Assembly: GCA_005804965.1 (NCBI GenBank)
Contig: SYOC01000311.1
Location: 1-60,249 of the forward strand
Length of the DNA stretch: 60,249 nucleotides
Direction: 5' to 3'
Source of the DNA: Pseudomonadota bacterium
Lineage (GTDB): Bacteria > Desulfobacterota > Binatia > Bin18
The notes under the pieces are model-generated. The model saw only the letters and a program-made list of their open reading frames with translations, searched no databases and was not told the DNA's origin. Of the stretch, positions 9,023-18,578 are shown one piece after another. Each line of letters opens with the position of its first letter. The first letter of the stretch is position 1. Position numbers and translations under genes: made by a program.

Positions 9023-10047
9023 TTCTTCTCTTCGAGCTTTCCACCAGCGATCCCTGGGATTTCAACACGAATTTTCCGTGAGAAATCCGGATCGTCATCT
9101 GCCGCTTTCGCCCGCGCGTTGATGTGGCTACGCACCTTGAATTCTGGAAAAGGCAGGCTGCGATCTACCACTCCGATGTCGTAGGCCAATTCATCGAGAT
9201 AGCCGTTGACGAACAACTTCCAACTCCACCACGACCGCACCGAATACGGTCGAGCGAGGCGATAAATGCCGGTCGTACAATTTTCCGTCAGAGCGTTGTA
9301 CCAAGCCGGGTGTATGGACAGTTCGTTGATATCTCGTAGGTATTGGAGAAACACGGCACGACTGACTTCACGCGACCCTTGCAACCGGTACAAATAGACA
9401 TCCTCACCGCGATAGTTCGTACGCAAACGCACGAGGTCACGTTCGTCGCCAACGACGTACATCAGTTCGTACTGTTTGAAGAAACCCCGGATGGCAGAAT
9501 ACTCTTCGCTTTTCTCTTTCCGGGTTTCGATAGAGATGGCGACGTACTCTCCACCCTCGAACCCGAAACTGAGGATAGTGTGGGCAATCAGCGTCGGCCC
9601 CCAGTACGACAGAAACAGATCGACGGTCTGCAACTTGGAGAGAGCAAACGTTTTGTCGTAGTACTGCGGCGTGAAGTCCGTTTCACTGCGATACGCGTTG
9701 TTGCGGATATGGTGGAGTGTCACTGTATCTCCAGCAAAGGTCGCGTACGGCAGCACGGCAACGTCAGGCTGCCAGTCGCGCTCAAGCGCAGGAGGGATCG
9801 TCAACCACCACAAGACCAAGATCGCAAAACCAGCAAGGAACCCTACGATGGCCCGACGACGCGGGCGGACAAAGAGCAGACCCATCACTGTGCCCGCAGC
9901 AAAGACGCTACTGAGCGCAAGGCGCACAGTCTCCGAGGTCGGGCCTGAGTAGTACAGCGCGAGCGTCCCCCAGATCGTCAGTCCGAGCAGAAAGAGGCTG
10001 ACAAAACCACGGAGGACGATGCGTACCATTGCGCGCACGAAGTTCAT
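9019..10047 (-). CDS. DUF4105 (Lnb N-terminal-like) domain membrane protein
   Basis: ORF 9019..10158, with the start moved to ATG 10047 (MNFVRAMVRIVLRGFVSLFLLGL). Motifs ...YWGPTLIAHTILSF..., ERD and ...YNALTENCTT resemble the DUF4105 signature as I recall it. Confidence 0.55.
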   Translation of the reverse strand: MNFVRAMVRIVLRGFVSLFLLGLTIWGTLALYYSGPTSETVRLALSSVFAAGTVMGLLFVRPRRRAIVGFLAGFAILVLWWLTIPPALERDWQPDVAVLPYATFAGDTVTLHHIRNNAYRSETDFTPQYYDKTFALSKLQTVDLFLSYWGPTLIAHTILSFGFEGGEYVAISIETRKEKSEEYSAIRGFFKQYELMYVVGDERDLVRLRTNYRGEDVYLYRLQGSREVSRAVFLQYLRDINELSIHPAWYNALTENCTTGIYRLARPYSVRSWWSWKLFVNGYLDELAYDIGVVDRSLPFPEFKVRSHINARAKAADDDPDFSRKIRVEIPGIAGGKLEEKN

Positions 10048-10063
10048 AAACACGAGGCCGTCG

Positions 10064-10837
10064 CTACTTACCGGTCTTGGCTTGTGTGGCCTTCTCTTGC
10101 GGAATCCAGCCTTGCTTGGCGAAGTATTGCGAGAGATACGCCACCGCCTGGTCGGCACTGCGTGCGGTCATCTCATCGACCTGCGAGCGATACCCTTTGA
10201 CACCGCTGACTGCCATGTTGGCCACCGCCGTACCAGCGGTGACGCCTCCGCTGGCCGCAGCCCCTGCAGCTCCGGTCACAGCAACACCTGGCATTGCACC
10301 ACTATCCGCGTGCGTCTTAAACTCCAGCAGCTTGGTCGGGCCACCGCTCGATGGCGCGTAGACTTCCACTTGGGCGTCCACTTTCGACTGCCCAGCACCA
10401 AACCCGACGACCGTCCGTTGCAGCTTGTTACCTTCATCGACATTGAGAAAGATCCCGCTGACAGCAACCGCTCCGGTAGGCAATGCTGCGCCGCGCGTCG
10501 CACGTTGTGCCGGCAGGCCGAGGTCGCGAATCTTCGCCACCAACTCCTCGGACATCCGCTCCCGCACTTCCCGGGCAATGGCCATCCCGCGTTCGTGTTC
10601 GCTCGTGTCACTCAAAGAATTACGTACAGCCGCAAAGAAGCCTTGATTCTCGCTCACGTCGGCAGCAGAAATGGCAAAATCGTAGACAAGGACTTGGCTA
10701 GGACGGGTTACCGCAACAGCAGTTGGTTGCTCGTACTTGGGTTGGACTACGGTTTTGGCACATCCGCCAATACTCGCCGCGAGCACGAACGCTGTCGTGA
10801 TCTGCACGCTCTTCCTCAGTAATCGCTTGCTTTTCAT
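10064..10837 (-). CDS. DUF4410-like lipoprotein
   Basis: ORF 10064..11014 trimmed to ATG 10837, which is preceded by GAAGGAGAA. Lipobox AASIGG|CAK. It also has VGFGAGQSKV...SGAMPG and a Gly/Ala-rich tail. Confidence 0.6.
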   Translation of the reverse strand: MKSKRLLRKSVQITTAFVLAASIGGCAKTVVQPKYEQPTAVAVTRPSQVLVYDFAISAADVSENQGFFAAVRNSLSDTSEHERGMAIAREVRERMSEELVAKIRDLGLPAQRATRGAALPTGAVAVSGIFLNVDEGNKLQRTVVGFGAGQSKVDAQVEVYAPSSGGPTKLLEFKTHADSGAMPGVAVTGAAGAAASGGVTAGTAVANMAVSGVKGYRSQVDEMTARSADQAVAYLSQYFAKQGWIPQEKATQAKTGK

Positions 10838-10886
10838 TATCAATATTTCTCCTTCACGAAAATTCAGGTACGGCCTGGCCCGATCC

Positions 10887-12191
10887 TTATGGCATTGTCC
10901 CTTCGCTGACACTCCAACCGTTGGCGACAATCTCAGTCTTCGCGCGCGGCGACATCTTTCCAGTGATCCACAGGGTGCGTTGCGGAGCAGCAAGAAGTTC
11001 AGAGTTTTTGGCAAAAAACGCTACGCGCTCGGTCCATGAAAGGTAGTCTACTGGCATGGGCACGATAAGGTTGCCAGCCCGGTCCCGTCCGAGGATCGGT
11101 CCAGGGGCAGTGACGGTCGCGAGCGGCTTCTTCTCATGATAGTCAGCCAGCATACGCACGGCAGTGGCGAGAAAGCGGGCCTGGGACTCGGTCGCGACAC
11201 TGCCCACTTGCCATATGACATCCTGACGCCCTTTAACATCTTTCAGACGGTCCAGATTCTCGACCACAGCCACCTGAAGACTCAAAGGCACCGCAGGATT
11301 ATGCAGGAATAAGCTCCTCTGGGCTTGTGTCACGTTCAACTCTTGGAGCTTCGTTTCGACCCGCACGATAAGATCCCCGCGCGGAGTATCCCACACTAAA
11401 TTGTCTATGGTTCTGACACCGGTGAGGAGCATTGAAGCCGGCACGGCCATTGAAATTGCGGTATTCACGCCAACCCGGCCATAAAAGGCGGCTGAGGCGA
11501 AGTCGTCCAGTTTCTTGGCTAGAATCGGATTCGAGGTGTAGGGGTCAACGCCTAACTTCTTTGCTAACGCACGGCGTTCCTGTTCGTACCCCAGCACGTC
11601 ACGAACAGCATTCGCAGCTCCGCCCTCCTCTCCTCCTGAGCCAGGGACAGCTTCAGAGCCTACGGCTCTCCCCACACCACTGCCCACGCGGTCAAAGAGT
11701 CGTCCAACGCCGCTGGGCAATCCAGTCACCGTGTCGATAGGATTCATGACCATATGACCAGTGGCCTCCAGCGGACGGACCGCCGTGGCCCCCATGGATT
11801 TCGCAAAGGTGCCGAGCTTGCTCGTGTCGTTGAGCTGCAAGATGGCTGGGACCTCAGCAAGACGGAGTTCGAGCAATTCACGGCTACGGACCTGATAGGA
11901 ACCAGCATCTTCACCAAACGTCGCTTTGTCCGCCTTGATTGTGTAGATCCCCATGATGCCGTCAGTGGGAACTTTTTCTTCAACTGTTAACCCCTTGCCT
12001 TGCAAGAGATCTTTTGCCACTAATTCCCCAACCTTGAGGGTCGGGGGGGTCTCAAAATTACCCTCTGTCTGAGCAGAGGCTATTGAGGCGATACCACACG
12101 CAAGTGCCGCGACGGTGGCGCAAGCTGCGCGCCTCCAGCGGGTGTAAACGGGATGTGGTCGAGACGGGTAAGGTAACGTGGTAGAAGACAT
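10887..12191 (-). CDS. Secreted protein, function unknown
   Basis: ORF 10887..12251 trimmed to ATG 12191, which is preceded by GGAGGAGAA. The N-terminal signal is ...AACATVAALACGIASIASAQ. No family recognised. Confidence 0.6.
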   Translation of the reverse strand: MSSTTLPYPSRPHPVYTRWRRAACATVAALACGIASIASAQTEGNFETPPTLKVGELVAKDLLQGKGLTVEEKVPTDGIMGIYTIKADKATFGEDAGSYQVRSRELLELRLAEVPAILQLNDTSKLGTFAKSMGATAVRPLEATGHMVMNPIDTVTGLPSGVGRLFDRVGSGVGRAVGSEAVPGSGGEEGGAANAVRDVLGYEQERRALAKKLGVDPYTSNPILAKKLDDFASAAFYGRVGVNTAISMAVPASMLLTGVRTIDNLVWDTPRGDLIVRVETKLQELNVTQAQRSLFLHNPAVPLSLQVAVVENLDRLKDVKGRQDVIWQVGSVATESQARFLATAVRMLADYHEKKPLATVTAPGPILGRDRAGNLIVPMPVDYLSWTERVAFFAKNSELLAAPQRTLWITGKMSPRAKTEIVANGWSVSEGTMP

Positions 12192-12258
12192 TTTCTCCTC
12201 CGTAGAGATCGTTAAAGTTGTGAGGTTTCCATTACGCCTTACGATAGGCAACCTTGTG

Positions 12259-12297
12259 GTTCAGGTACATGCGACGACGGTTCAGATCATGGTTCAG
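12259..12297 (+). promoter_or_regulatory. Three-box GGTTCAG array B (candidate operator)
   Basis: GGTTCAGGTACAt-N8-GGTTCAGATCat-GGTTCAG. GTTCAG starts at 12259, 12280 and 12292 (offsets 21 and 12). Box 1 lies 68 nt from ATG 12191. Confidence 0.6.
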
Positions 12298-12361
12298 TTT
12301 AGATCGTAAGCGCCTAGCGCAAAGAGAACCAAGAAAAAATTCGGCTTCGCGACACGCCTTA

Positions 12362-13219
12362 TCACTCCATGCTTTCCCGAAGCTCGACTAGGACTTGGTC
12401 GTACGCGTCTAGGCGGAACAACCCGGCACGGGGATACTCGATATCGAGGATAACGTAAACAGAAATCGCGGTGATGACTGTGAATGCCAAAATATGGAGC
12501 CAGTTCCGCCGCTGGCTACTCGCCGTGCCAAACCCCGTCAGCAACGAGCACAGCAACGCAAGCACGAACAAGAGCACGAAGATGATGAATGGCGGATGGA
12601 TTCTCATAGCCATCGTCCGCGTGGTGGTAATATCAATCATCTGGTTCAGCGCCGGCAAGAGCAATCTTCCTGCTTCTGGATGATTGCCCAGCAACCGAGT
12701 TGCCGCCGTAGCCTCGGTCCAGATCTCTCTTTGAATTCTTGCCGATTGGGCGAGCACGACTTTCGCCGCTGCGATATCAGGAAGTTTTCGGTACGCTTCC
12801 AGCCGCAAATCCAAGTGCTTGCGAAGCAGTTCGCGCAGTGTCGGCTGCGCTTCAGCCGACAAGAGATCAAGCCGCAAATACGCGGTACCGATGTTATTGG
12901 CCTCCTCTGCAATCAATTGCCTGCGAACGTCCAACCGCGACGCCGCTCCAGAAAAAGTGAACGCGACGAGAAGGCCATAGAGGGCAAATACCGCTCCACT
13001 AATTGTGCCGAGCCCGGCCATAGCCCCGCCGGGGTCTCTGGCAAGGCGGCGGATTCCCAACCGACGCCCGATTTCCAAACACGCCAGCATGCCAGCAAAT
13101 AAGACGGCGACGAACGGCGGCGCTGTGATGATGCTATCCACAAATTCCTTTCTGTCTTTCGTCTCGCCGTGAGATTCTTCGCTGCGCTGCTCAGAAACAA
13201 AATCTTCGATCCAGATCAC
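12362..13219 (-). CDS. Membrane protein (DUF4239-like)
   Basis: 285-aa ORF with a GTG start. It has two N-terminal and two C-terminal TM helices around a helical soluble region. The family assignment is from memory only. Confidence 0.5.
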   Translation of the reverse strand: MIWIEDFVSEQRSEESHGETKDRKEFVDSIITAPPFVAVLFAGMLACLEIGRRLGIRRLARDPGGAMAGLGTISGAVFALYGLLVAFTFSGAASRLDVRRQLIAEEANNIGTAYLRLDLLSAEAQPTLRELLRKHLDLRLEAYRKLPDIAAAKVVLAQSARIQREIWTEATAATRLLGNHPEAGRLLLPALNQMIDITTTRTMAMRIHPPFIIFVLLFVLALLCSLLTGFGTASSQRRNWLHILAFTVITAISVYVILDIEYPRAGLFRLDAYDQVLVELRESME

Positions 13220-13237
13220 AGCTACTCATGGCAGCCC

Positions 13238-13311
13238 GTCATTCCGGACGAGCAACGCGAGACCCGGACTCCAGGGGCAAAAATCTGGATTCCCGCCTGC
13301 GCGGGAATGAC
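13238..13311. repeat. REP/MITE-like intergenic palindromic element (GTCATTCC...GGAATGAC termini)
   Basis: gtcattccggacgagcaacgcgagacccggactccaggggcaaaaatctggattcccgcctgcgcgggaatgac. The terminal inverted repeats are GTCATTCC/GGAATGAC. The internal hairpin is attcccgc-ctgc-gcgggaat (13289-13308). It produces the junk translations 'IPACAGMT' and 'LDSRLRGND' typical of such elements. Confidence 0.6.
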
Positions 13312-13427
13312 CGCCAGGGATATGCACTCGGTTTCTACTCATTTGCTGCGGGTGTAACCCTCTGGACAGCTCAGCATGATAGTCCTGGGGGGCATGAGGT
13401 AAAGTGTACGAAGGCTTTGCCTTTGGT

Positions 13428-14720
13428 TCAGAATTTCTGGGTCATATTAAATGCGACGAAATGGACGAGATTAGAGGAGTAGTCTCCTTGCAAGGCACCA
13501 CCCAACGGACCCCGTTCGAGATGGGCAATCTCGCCATCCCCGGCTTGGAGAAACTCGTAGGCGAGACCAATAGTGGTGTCTTCGCTCCAGTCGTAGCGGA
13601 GCCCCGTCCCAAAGCGAAACGTCTCATCCAACGGCATGGAGGGAGTACGATGAAATTTCGACACCGGAGAACTGTCGTAGGCGAAGCCCATAGAAAGCAA
13701 CCAGGGCACACCGATGCGATATTGGGTGCCGATCGCTCCATGCCACGTGTCATGAAAATGAGCGTCTGCCGTCCCACTTTTCGACGAGGTGTCAGAACTG
13801 ATCGTCACATCGACATTGCCGAAATCTTCCCAATTTTGCCAGCCGAAATTACCCATCACTGCCCACCGGTCGGTGAGCGCATGATAGCCACTGAGCATCA
13901 CGGTTTGCGGGGCCGTCTGGTCCATTTGGATCTTTTTATTCAAGAGCCGCGATAATCCAGGCCCGGCATTGGTCACTTTGGGCTTGTCTTTGTAGGAAAA
14001 ATCAACGGGGGAACGATAGGTCAATCCAAATCGGGTCTGTGCGGTCGGCTCGATCAACACGCCAGCGTTCCCACCGAAGCCGAAGTCATCATCTTTGAAT
14101 TTGAGCCGCCCGTCGGGGAGTCGGTCCATGATATTGTTGAGGGCGGTTGTGTAAGAAAAGAGCGCATAGTTGACGCTGAACCCGGCACCGACGGACAGCC
14201 ACGGGTTAATGCGATAGGCAAACCCGGGGTTGAGCGTCGTAGTGAAAAGCTGGGTTTTCTGGATGTAATAGCGCCCCGCCCATTCCTTGCCATAGTTCAT
14301 GCCAGCACCAAATCCCGAGCCTACGCCGACCCCAAGTTTCAAGTCTGGCGAGAGACTGTGGACATAAAAAAAGCCTCCCGCCGGGATCGGAATACTGGCA
14401 ACCCCAGAGGAGGGAATGGACGTTCCCCCATTGAACCCGTCGCCACCACTCGCCGTCGTTCCACGCCCTCGGTCGAACTGGATAGAGGGGAAGATCGAAT
14501 ACAAGGTGGTGGTCAGTTCTGAACGGTCGAGGCGGGTCATCCCAGCGGGGTTGCCTATGACCGTCGAGGCATCTTGCGCCAGTGCCGCGCGACCGGCGGC
14601 CGCCGTGCCGAGGTCAGGAGTCCCTAATTCATACAGAAAGACTCCTCCGGCCCACGCCACCGAAGCCGCAAGACTGGCCCAAAAAGCAACACTGAGCATC
14701 CATACTACATGCCAAAACAT
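13428..14720 (-). CDS. Outer-membrane transport protein, OMPP1/FadL/TodX family
   Basis: AAGGAG lies before ATG 14720. After the signal peptide comes GGVFLYELGTPDLGTAAAGRAALAQDASTVIGNPAGMTRL, the typical FadL-family N-terminus. The C-terminal residue is aromatic (F). Confidence 0.85.
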   Translation of the reverse strand: MFWHVVWMLSVAFWASLAASVAWAGGVFLYELGTPDLGTAAAGRAALAQDASTVIGNPAGMTRLDRSELTTTLYSIFPSIQFDRGRGTTASGGDGFNGGTSIPSSGVASIPIPAGGFFYVHSLSPDLKLGVGVGSGFGAGMNYGKEWAGRYYIQKTQLFTTTLNPGFAYRINPWLSVGAGFSVNYALFSYTTALNNIMDRLPDGRLKFKDDDFGFGGNAGVLIEPTAQTRFGLTYRSPVDFSYKDKPKVTNAGPGLSRLLNKKIQMDQTAPQTVMLSGYHALTDRWAVMGNFGWQNWEDFGNVDVTISSDTSSKSGTADAHFHDTWHGAIGTQYRIGVPWLLSMGFAYDSSPVSKFHRTPSMPLDETFRFGTGLRYDWSEDTTIGLAYEFLQAGDGEIAHLERGPLGGALQGDYSSNLVHFVAFNMTQKF

Positions 14721-14829
14721 TCTCGTTTTCTCCTTCTCGTGTCCTTGCCGTTTTTCGCTTTGCCGGAGAGGCTCACGACTGTCGGTCCATTGCCTTCTTC
14801 TCGCCTGTCCGTCCTAGGCCTCGCGCGAC

Positions 14830-17193
14830 TCATTGCCGCGCCATGGCCACCCGCAGCCGCTCGTCAGGACTGATGAAGTGATCGGCGTCATCTTTGCCGA
14901 GGTCGATTTGCACCCAATTAACTTTGCCGGTGAAGACACTGCTGTGACGGTCATAATCCGCACTGACCGGCGTGCCAGTCTCGTGGCCGATATCCGTGGT
15001 CTCGTCGGCGGAAAAGAGCAGCGGTACGGTGCGCTCGACGCGCCCCTCGCCGACTTTGCTGCCGTCGTAGTACAGCGCCACGTTACCGCCCTTGGCCAAC
15101 CCGCCGCCGTCATAGGCAAACTCCATGCGCACTTGATGCTTGCCAGCGGAGATGGCTTGGCTTGCCTCCGTCGTGAAGGTTTCGAGGCCGAAGAAGTTGT
15201 AGGCGAACTTGGCTTTTCCGCCCTTGGTGTACAGACTGAGGCCGCCAAACTTCCCGCCCTGAGCGATGATGACACCCTCGGCACCTTTGCTGGGGACCTC
15301 CACTTCAGCCGTGATCGAAAAGGAACGATTCTTCATCACCACGACACTATTCTCAGTCAGCCGCCCCATGCCGCCGAACAGCAGTTGCGAGTTGCCCTTA
15401 ATGAGCTGTGGTCGCCCGGCCACAGCAGGATTGAAACGTTCGACTCTACGGTCATCCAGCGGAATGACGTTGTACTTGGTCGCTTCAATCAACCACAGCC
15501 GCTGCAATTCGTGCAACTTCTCAGGCATTTCTTTGGAGAGATCGTGCGCCTGGGTCCAGTCCTTGCTGCCGTCGTACAGTTCCCAGACATCATCATCAAA
15601 AGCTGGTAATTTTTCGATGACCCACGGCGTGGAGTGCCGGGTCACCGCGCTCCAGCCTTTATAGTAGATGCCGCGATTGCAGAACATCTCGAAATATTGC
15701 AAGTCGTGCCGCTCTGGAGCAGTGGCATCGTCGAAGCTGTAGAGCATGCTCGTGCCCTCCAGCGGGCTTTGTTGCACGCTGTTGACGATGGTCGGCTGTG
15801 GAATACCGGCAGCTTCCAGTATGGTCGGGGCGATATCAATCACGTGACAGAACTGGCTGCGGATCTCTCCTTTCGCCTTAATACCTAATGGCCAATGCAC
15901 GACCGTGCCATTGCGCGTACCGCCCCAGTGTGACGCCACCTGCTTGGTCCATTGATAGGGAGTATCCATCGCATGCGCCCAACCCACGGCATAGTGGTTG
16001 AATGAGTCCGGGCCGCCAAAGTCGTCGATACGTGCAGTCAAAAATTCCGGCGTCTCCACACCGGTGATGCCGTTTAACATCAGCCCTTCGTTAAACGAGC
16101 CGTTGGGCGTACCTTCCGCCGAGGAACCGTTGTCGCCGACAATGACGTAGATCAGCGTATCGTCGAGAATTTCGAGATCCTTCAGCGTATCAATGAGTCG
16201 GCCCACGTGATGATCGGTGTGTTCGAGAAATCCAGCGTAGCACTCCATCTGCCGCGCCAGCACCGGTTTCATTTTCGGGTCAACCTCGTCCCACGCTTGA
16301 ATCTCTTTGGGCCGCTGCGTTAACTCAGCATTCGCCGGAATGACGCCAAGCGCCTTCTGCCGCGCAAAAATCTCCTCGCGCAGCTTGTCCCAGCCTTGGT
16401 CGAATTGACCTTTGTACTTATCCGCCCACTCTTTCGGCACGTGATGGGGCGCATGACACGCACCCGGCGCGAAGTAGACAAAGAACGGTTTGTCCGCCAT
16501 CAGTGCCTTCTGCTGACGCACGTAGGCAATTGCTTTGTCCGTCATATCTTCGGTGAAGTGGTAGCCTTCCTGAGCGGTCTTCGGTGGTTCGAGTGGCGTC
16601 GTGCCTTCGTAAATGGCCGGATCATACTGATTGGTCTCACCACCGATGAACCCGTAAAAATGTTCGAAGCCGCCGCCGCCGGTCGGCCACTGGTTGAACG
16701 GCCCTAACGGGCTGGTTTCCCAAACCGGCACTTCATGACACTTGCCAAACTGCGCGGTCGAATAGCCGTTTAACTTGAGCGTCATCGCCACAGGCGCTTT
16801 GTTCTTAGGCAGAACTGACGTGTAGCCGGGTGCCGAGGTTGCGATCTCACAGACCCCACCCATATTGACGGAATGGTGATTCCGCCCGGTGAGCAACGCC
16901 TGCCGTGTCGGTGAACACAGAGCTGTGGTGTGGAAGCGATTATACTTCAGCCCGTTCGCTGCCAGCTTCTCGAAGGTTGGCGTCTGGCATGGCCCACCAA
17001 AGGCGCTGGAGGAAGCAAAGCCAACATCGTCAAGCAACACGATCAGCACGTTCGGTGCGCCTTTGGGCGGACGTAACGCTTCAATTGGCGGGAATTTCGT
17101 GTCTGGGTCCTTGGCATCATATGTGACCAAGCCTGTGTGCTGCCGATCCGGAATCGGCAGAATCGCGCGTTGAATGTGGTCTTGATTACTCAT
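14830..17193 (-). CDS. Arylsulfatase (Cys-type, formylglycine-dependent sulfatase family)
   Basis: NVLIVLLDDVGF and the sulfatase signature CSPTRQALLTGRNHH are present. The start is moved to ATG 17193 (GAGGAG 9 nt upstream) rather than 17223. No signal peptide is visible. Confidence 0.9.
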   Translation of the reverse strand: MSNQDHIQRAILPIPDRQHTGLVTYDAKDPDTKFPPIEALRPPKGAPNVLIVLLDDVGFASSSAFGGPCQTPTFEKLAANGLKYNRFHTTALCSPTRQALLTGRNHHSVNMGGVCEIATSAPGYTSVLPKNKAPVAMTLKLNGYSTAQFGKCHEVPVWETSPLGPFNQWPTGGGGFEHFYGFIGGETNQYDPAIYEGTTPLEPPKTAQEGYHFTEDMTDKAIAYVRQQKALMADKPFFVYFAPGACHAPHHVPKEWADKYKGQFDQGWDKLREEIFARQKALGVIPANAELTQRPKEIQAWDEVDPKMKPVLARQMECYAGFLEHTDHHVGRLIDTLKDLEILDDTLIYVIVGDNGSSAEGTPNGSFNEGLMLNGITGVETPEFLTARIDDFGGPDSFNHYAVGWAHAMDTPYQWTKQVASHWGGTRNGTVVHWPLGIKAKGEIRSQFCHVIDIAPTILEAAGIPQPTIVNSVQQSPLEGTSMLYSFDDATAPERHDLQYFEMFCNRGIYYKGWSAVTRHSTPWVIEKLPAFDDDVWELYDGSKDWTQAHDLSKEMPEKLHELQRLWLIEATKYNVIPLDDRRVERFNPAVAGRPQLIKGNSQLLFGGMGRLTENSVVVMKNRSFSITAEVEVPSKGAEGVIIAQGGKFGGLSLYTKGGKAKFAYNFFGLETFTTEASQAISAGKHQVRMEFAYDGGGLAKGGNVALYYDGSKVGEGRVERTVPLLFSADETTDIGHETGTPVSADYDRHSSVFTGKVNWVQIDLGKDDADHFISPDERLRVAMARQ

Positions 17194-17258
17194 GGCTATG
17201 TACTCCTCTCTGTAATTCGTCATTCACGCAATGCTGAGTATTCATGGAAAGCTGAGGC

Positions 17259-17654
17259 TCAATGGCGAAAGAGCACGACGATCAACACTAGTAAGCCGAG
17301 CAGTGAAATCAAACCCGCGAGTATCGACGCTATCGAACGGGGGAGAGGCGGGTAGAGTGACCGCAGATGCTGGAGACTCGTGACATGCTGTATCGTGCCG
17401 GCAAGTAACGACACTAAGCCGAAGGTGATCATCAGCAAGGCAAACCCGCGCGGCGTGACCAAGGGGTCAACGTGCTCAGCACCTCGCGTCTCGAATTGAA
17501 AAAACTTGTACACGCTGAAACCAAACGTAATCAGCGACGTCGCCGTCCGCACCCACGCCATCATTGTGTTTTCGTAGGCAAGGCGGGTGCGCTCATACGC
17601 GAGCCTCGTAGCGATGTCGATCTCTCGTGTTTCAGTGTCAGTCGAACTTGCCAT
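17259..17654 (-). CDS. DUF202 (YidH-like) membrane protein
   Basis: LAYERTRLAYENTMMAWVRTATSLITFGFSVYKF is the DUF202 motif. There are three TM helices. Confidence 0.75.
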   Translation of the reverse strand: MASSTDTETREIDIATRLAYERTRLAYENTMMAWVRTATSLITFGFSVYKFFQFETRGAEHVDPLVTPRGFALLMITFGLVSLLAGTIQHVTSLQHLRSLYPPLPRSIASILAGLISLLGLLVLIVVLFRH

Positions 17655-17708
17655 GTTGCGGTATTCCTTTGAGCAGACGCCGCTTGGGACGGTCTTCGGA
17701 AACGGCCT

Positions 17709-18107
17709 CTACGATCTTTCGATCTCCACCCCGCTGACGTGTGCGAAGCGCGTCACAAGGCCGCGGAGCAAAAGGTAAGGGAGAAGAGCCAAGACCGTGG
17801 CGGTAATGAGCGTCTCTAGCGGGTAGAACCAGCGCACAGTGATGAACTGGTAGATGATGTCGAGGACGGTGGCCATGATGAACACCTTCCCAACATCCTT
17901 CCACCCTTGCTGGAGCAAGTCGCGTCGGTGTGCCGGATTGGTGAAGATAGTCCAGAGGTAAGGCGGACGTCCGGTTCGTGCATCTTTCAGTCCGGCGCGA
18001 ATCGCGAGGAGCGTCGCCATCGTTGGCTGGAGGAACAGTCGCAGGGTGAGAGGTCCATCGGCACGACCAAGGAGGTTTTCCCAAATGCGTATCAGCGTTT
18101 CTTCCAT
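17709..18107 (-). CDS. Small membrane protein, unknown function
   Basis: 132-aa ORF with two C-terminal TM helices (KVFIMATVLDIIYQFI, LITATVLALLPYLLL). Preferred over the overlapping 177-aa Arg/Pro-rich frame. Confidence 0.5.
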   Translation of the reverse strand: MEETLIRIWENLLGRADGPLTLRLFLQPTMATLLAIRAGLKDARTGRPPYLWTIFTNPAHRRDLLQQGWKDVGKVFIMATVLDIIYQFITVRWFYPLETLITATVLALLPYLLLRGLVTRFAHVSGVEIERS

Positions 18108-18157
18108 TCCTTCCGCTCTCCGTTCCGTTTGTGTTCAACCATGGCGCACCTGAGTGT

Positions 18158-18565
18158 CTATTTGCCCGCATTATTGGCGCGGGCTTCTGCCTGTGCTTGC
18201 CACGGCCAGCAGCCTTCGAGTTCGACGACTAAGGACCAGCTCAGGAAGGTGCGGATGAGCACCAGGAGGCCGAGCACCGTAACATTATGCAGCATGGGTT
18301 CGAGCGCGACCGTTCTGACCAAATCAGCGGCCACGAGCAGATCAAGCCCCAGCAAAATGCCTTTGCTGAGTTGATGCTTGTAGCTCTCATAGGCACCGGC
18401 CTCATCGAGGTGAAAGAGATACCGGACCGTCCCGCGCGTGACCGCGAGAATGACCACCGCAGCCACGATGACCACCACAGCCAACACCTCAATGCCGAGG
18501 GCCATCCACTCGATGCCATAGCGAATCATTGCTACCAGTTCACCGCCAGCGTTTGCCTGCGTCAT
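18158..18565 (-). CDS. DUF1622 membrane protein
   Basis: GILLGLDLLVAADLVRTVALEP resembles the DUF1622 core motif. There are four predicted TM helices. Confidence 0.65.
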   Translation of the reverse strand: MTQANAGGELVAMIRYGIEWMALGIEVLAVVVIVAAVVILAVTRGTVRYLFHLDEAGAYESYKHQLSKGILLGLDLLVAADLVRTVALEPMLHNVTVLGLLVLIRTFLSWSLVVELEGCWPWQAQAEARANNAGK

Positions 18566-18578
18566 CTCCGCACCCTCC

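Noticed and set aside
10019-10822. A 267-aa plus-strand ORF.
   Set aside because: It is antisense to the DUF4410 lipoprotein gene, has no motifs and has no SD.
13169-13482. ORFs containing 'WIPACAGMTARD' and 'LDSRLRGNDRQGY'.
   Set aside because: These are the well-known pseudo-translations of the REP-like palindrome at 13238-13311, not genes.
17638-18171. A 177-aa minus-strand ORF overlapping 17709..18107.
   Set aside because: It is an Arg/Pro/His-rich alternative frame. The 132-aa frame has TM helices and sensible spacing to its neighbours.
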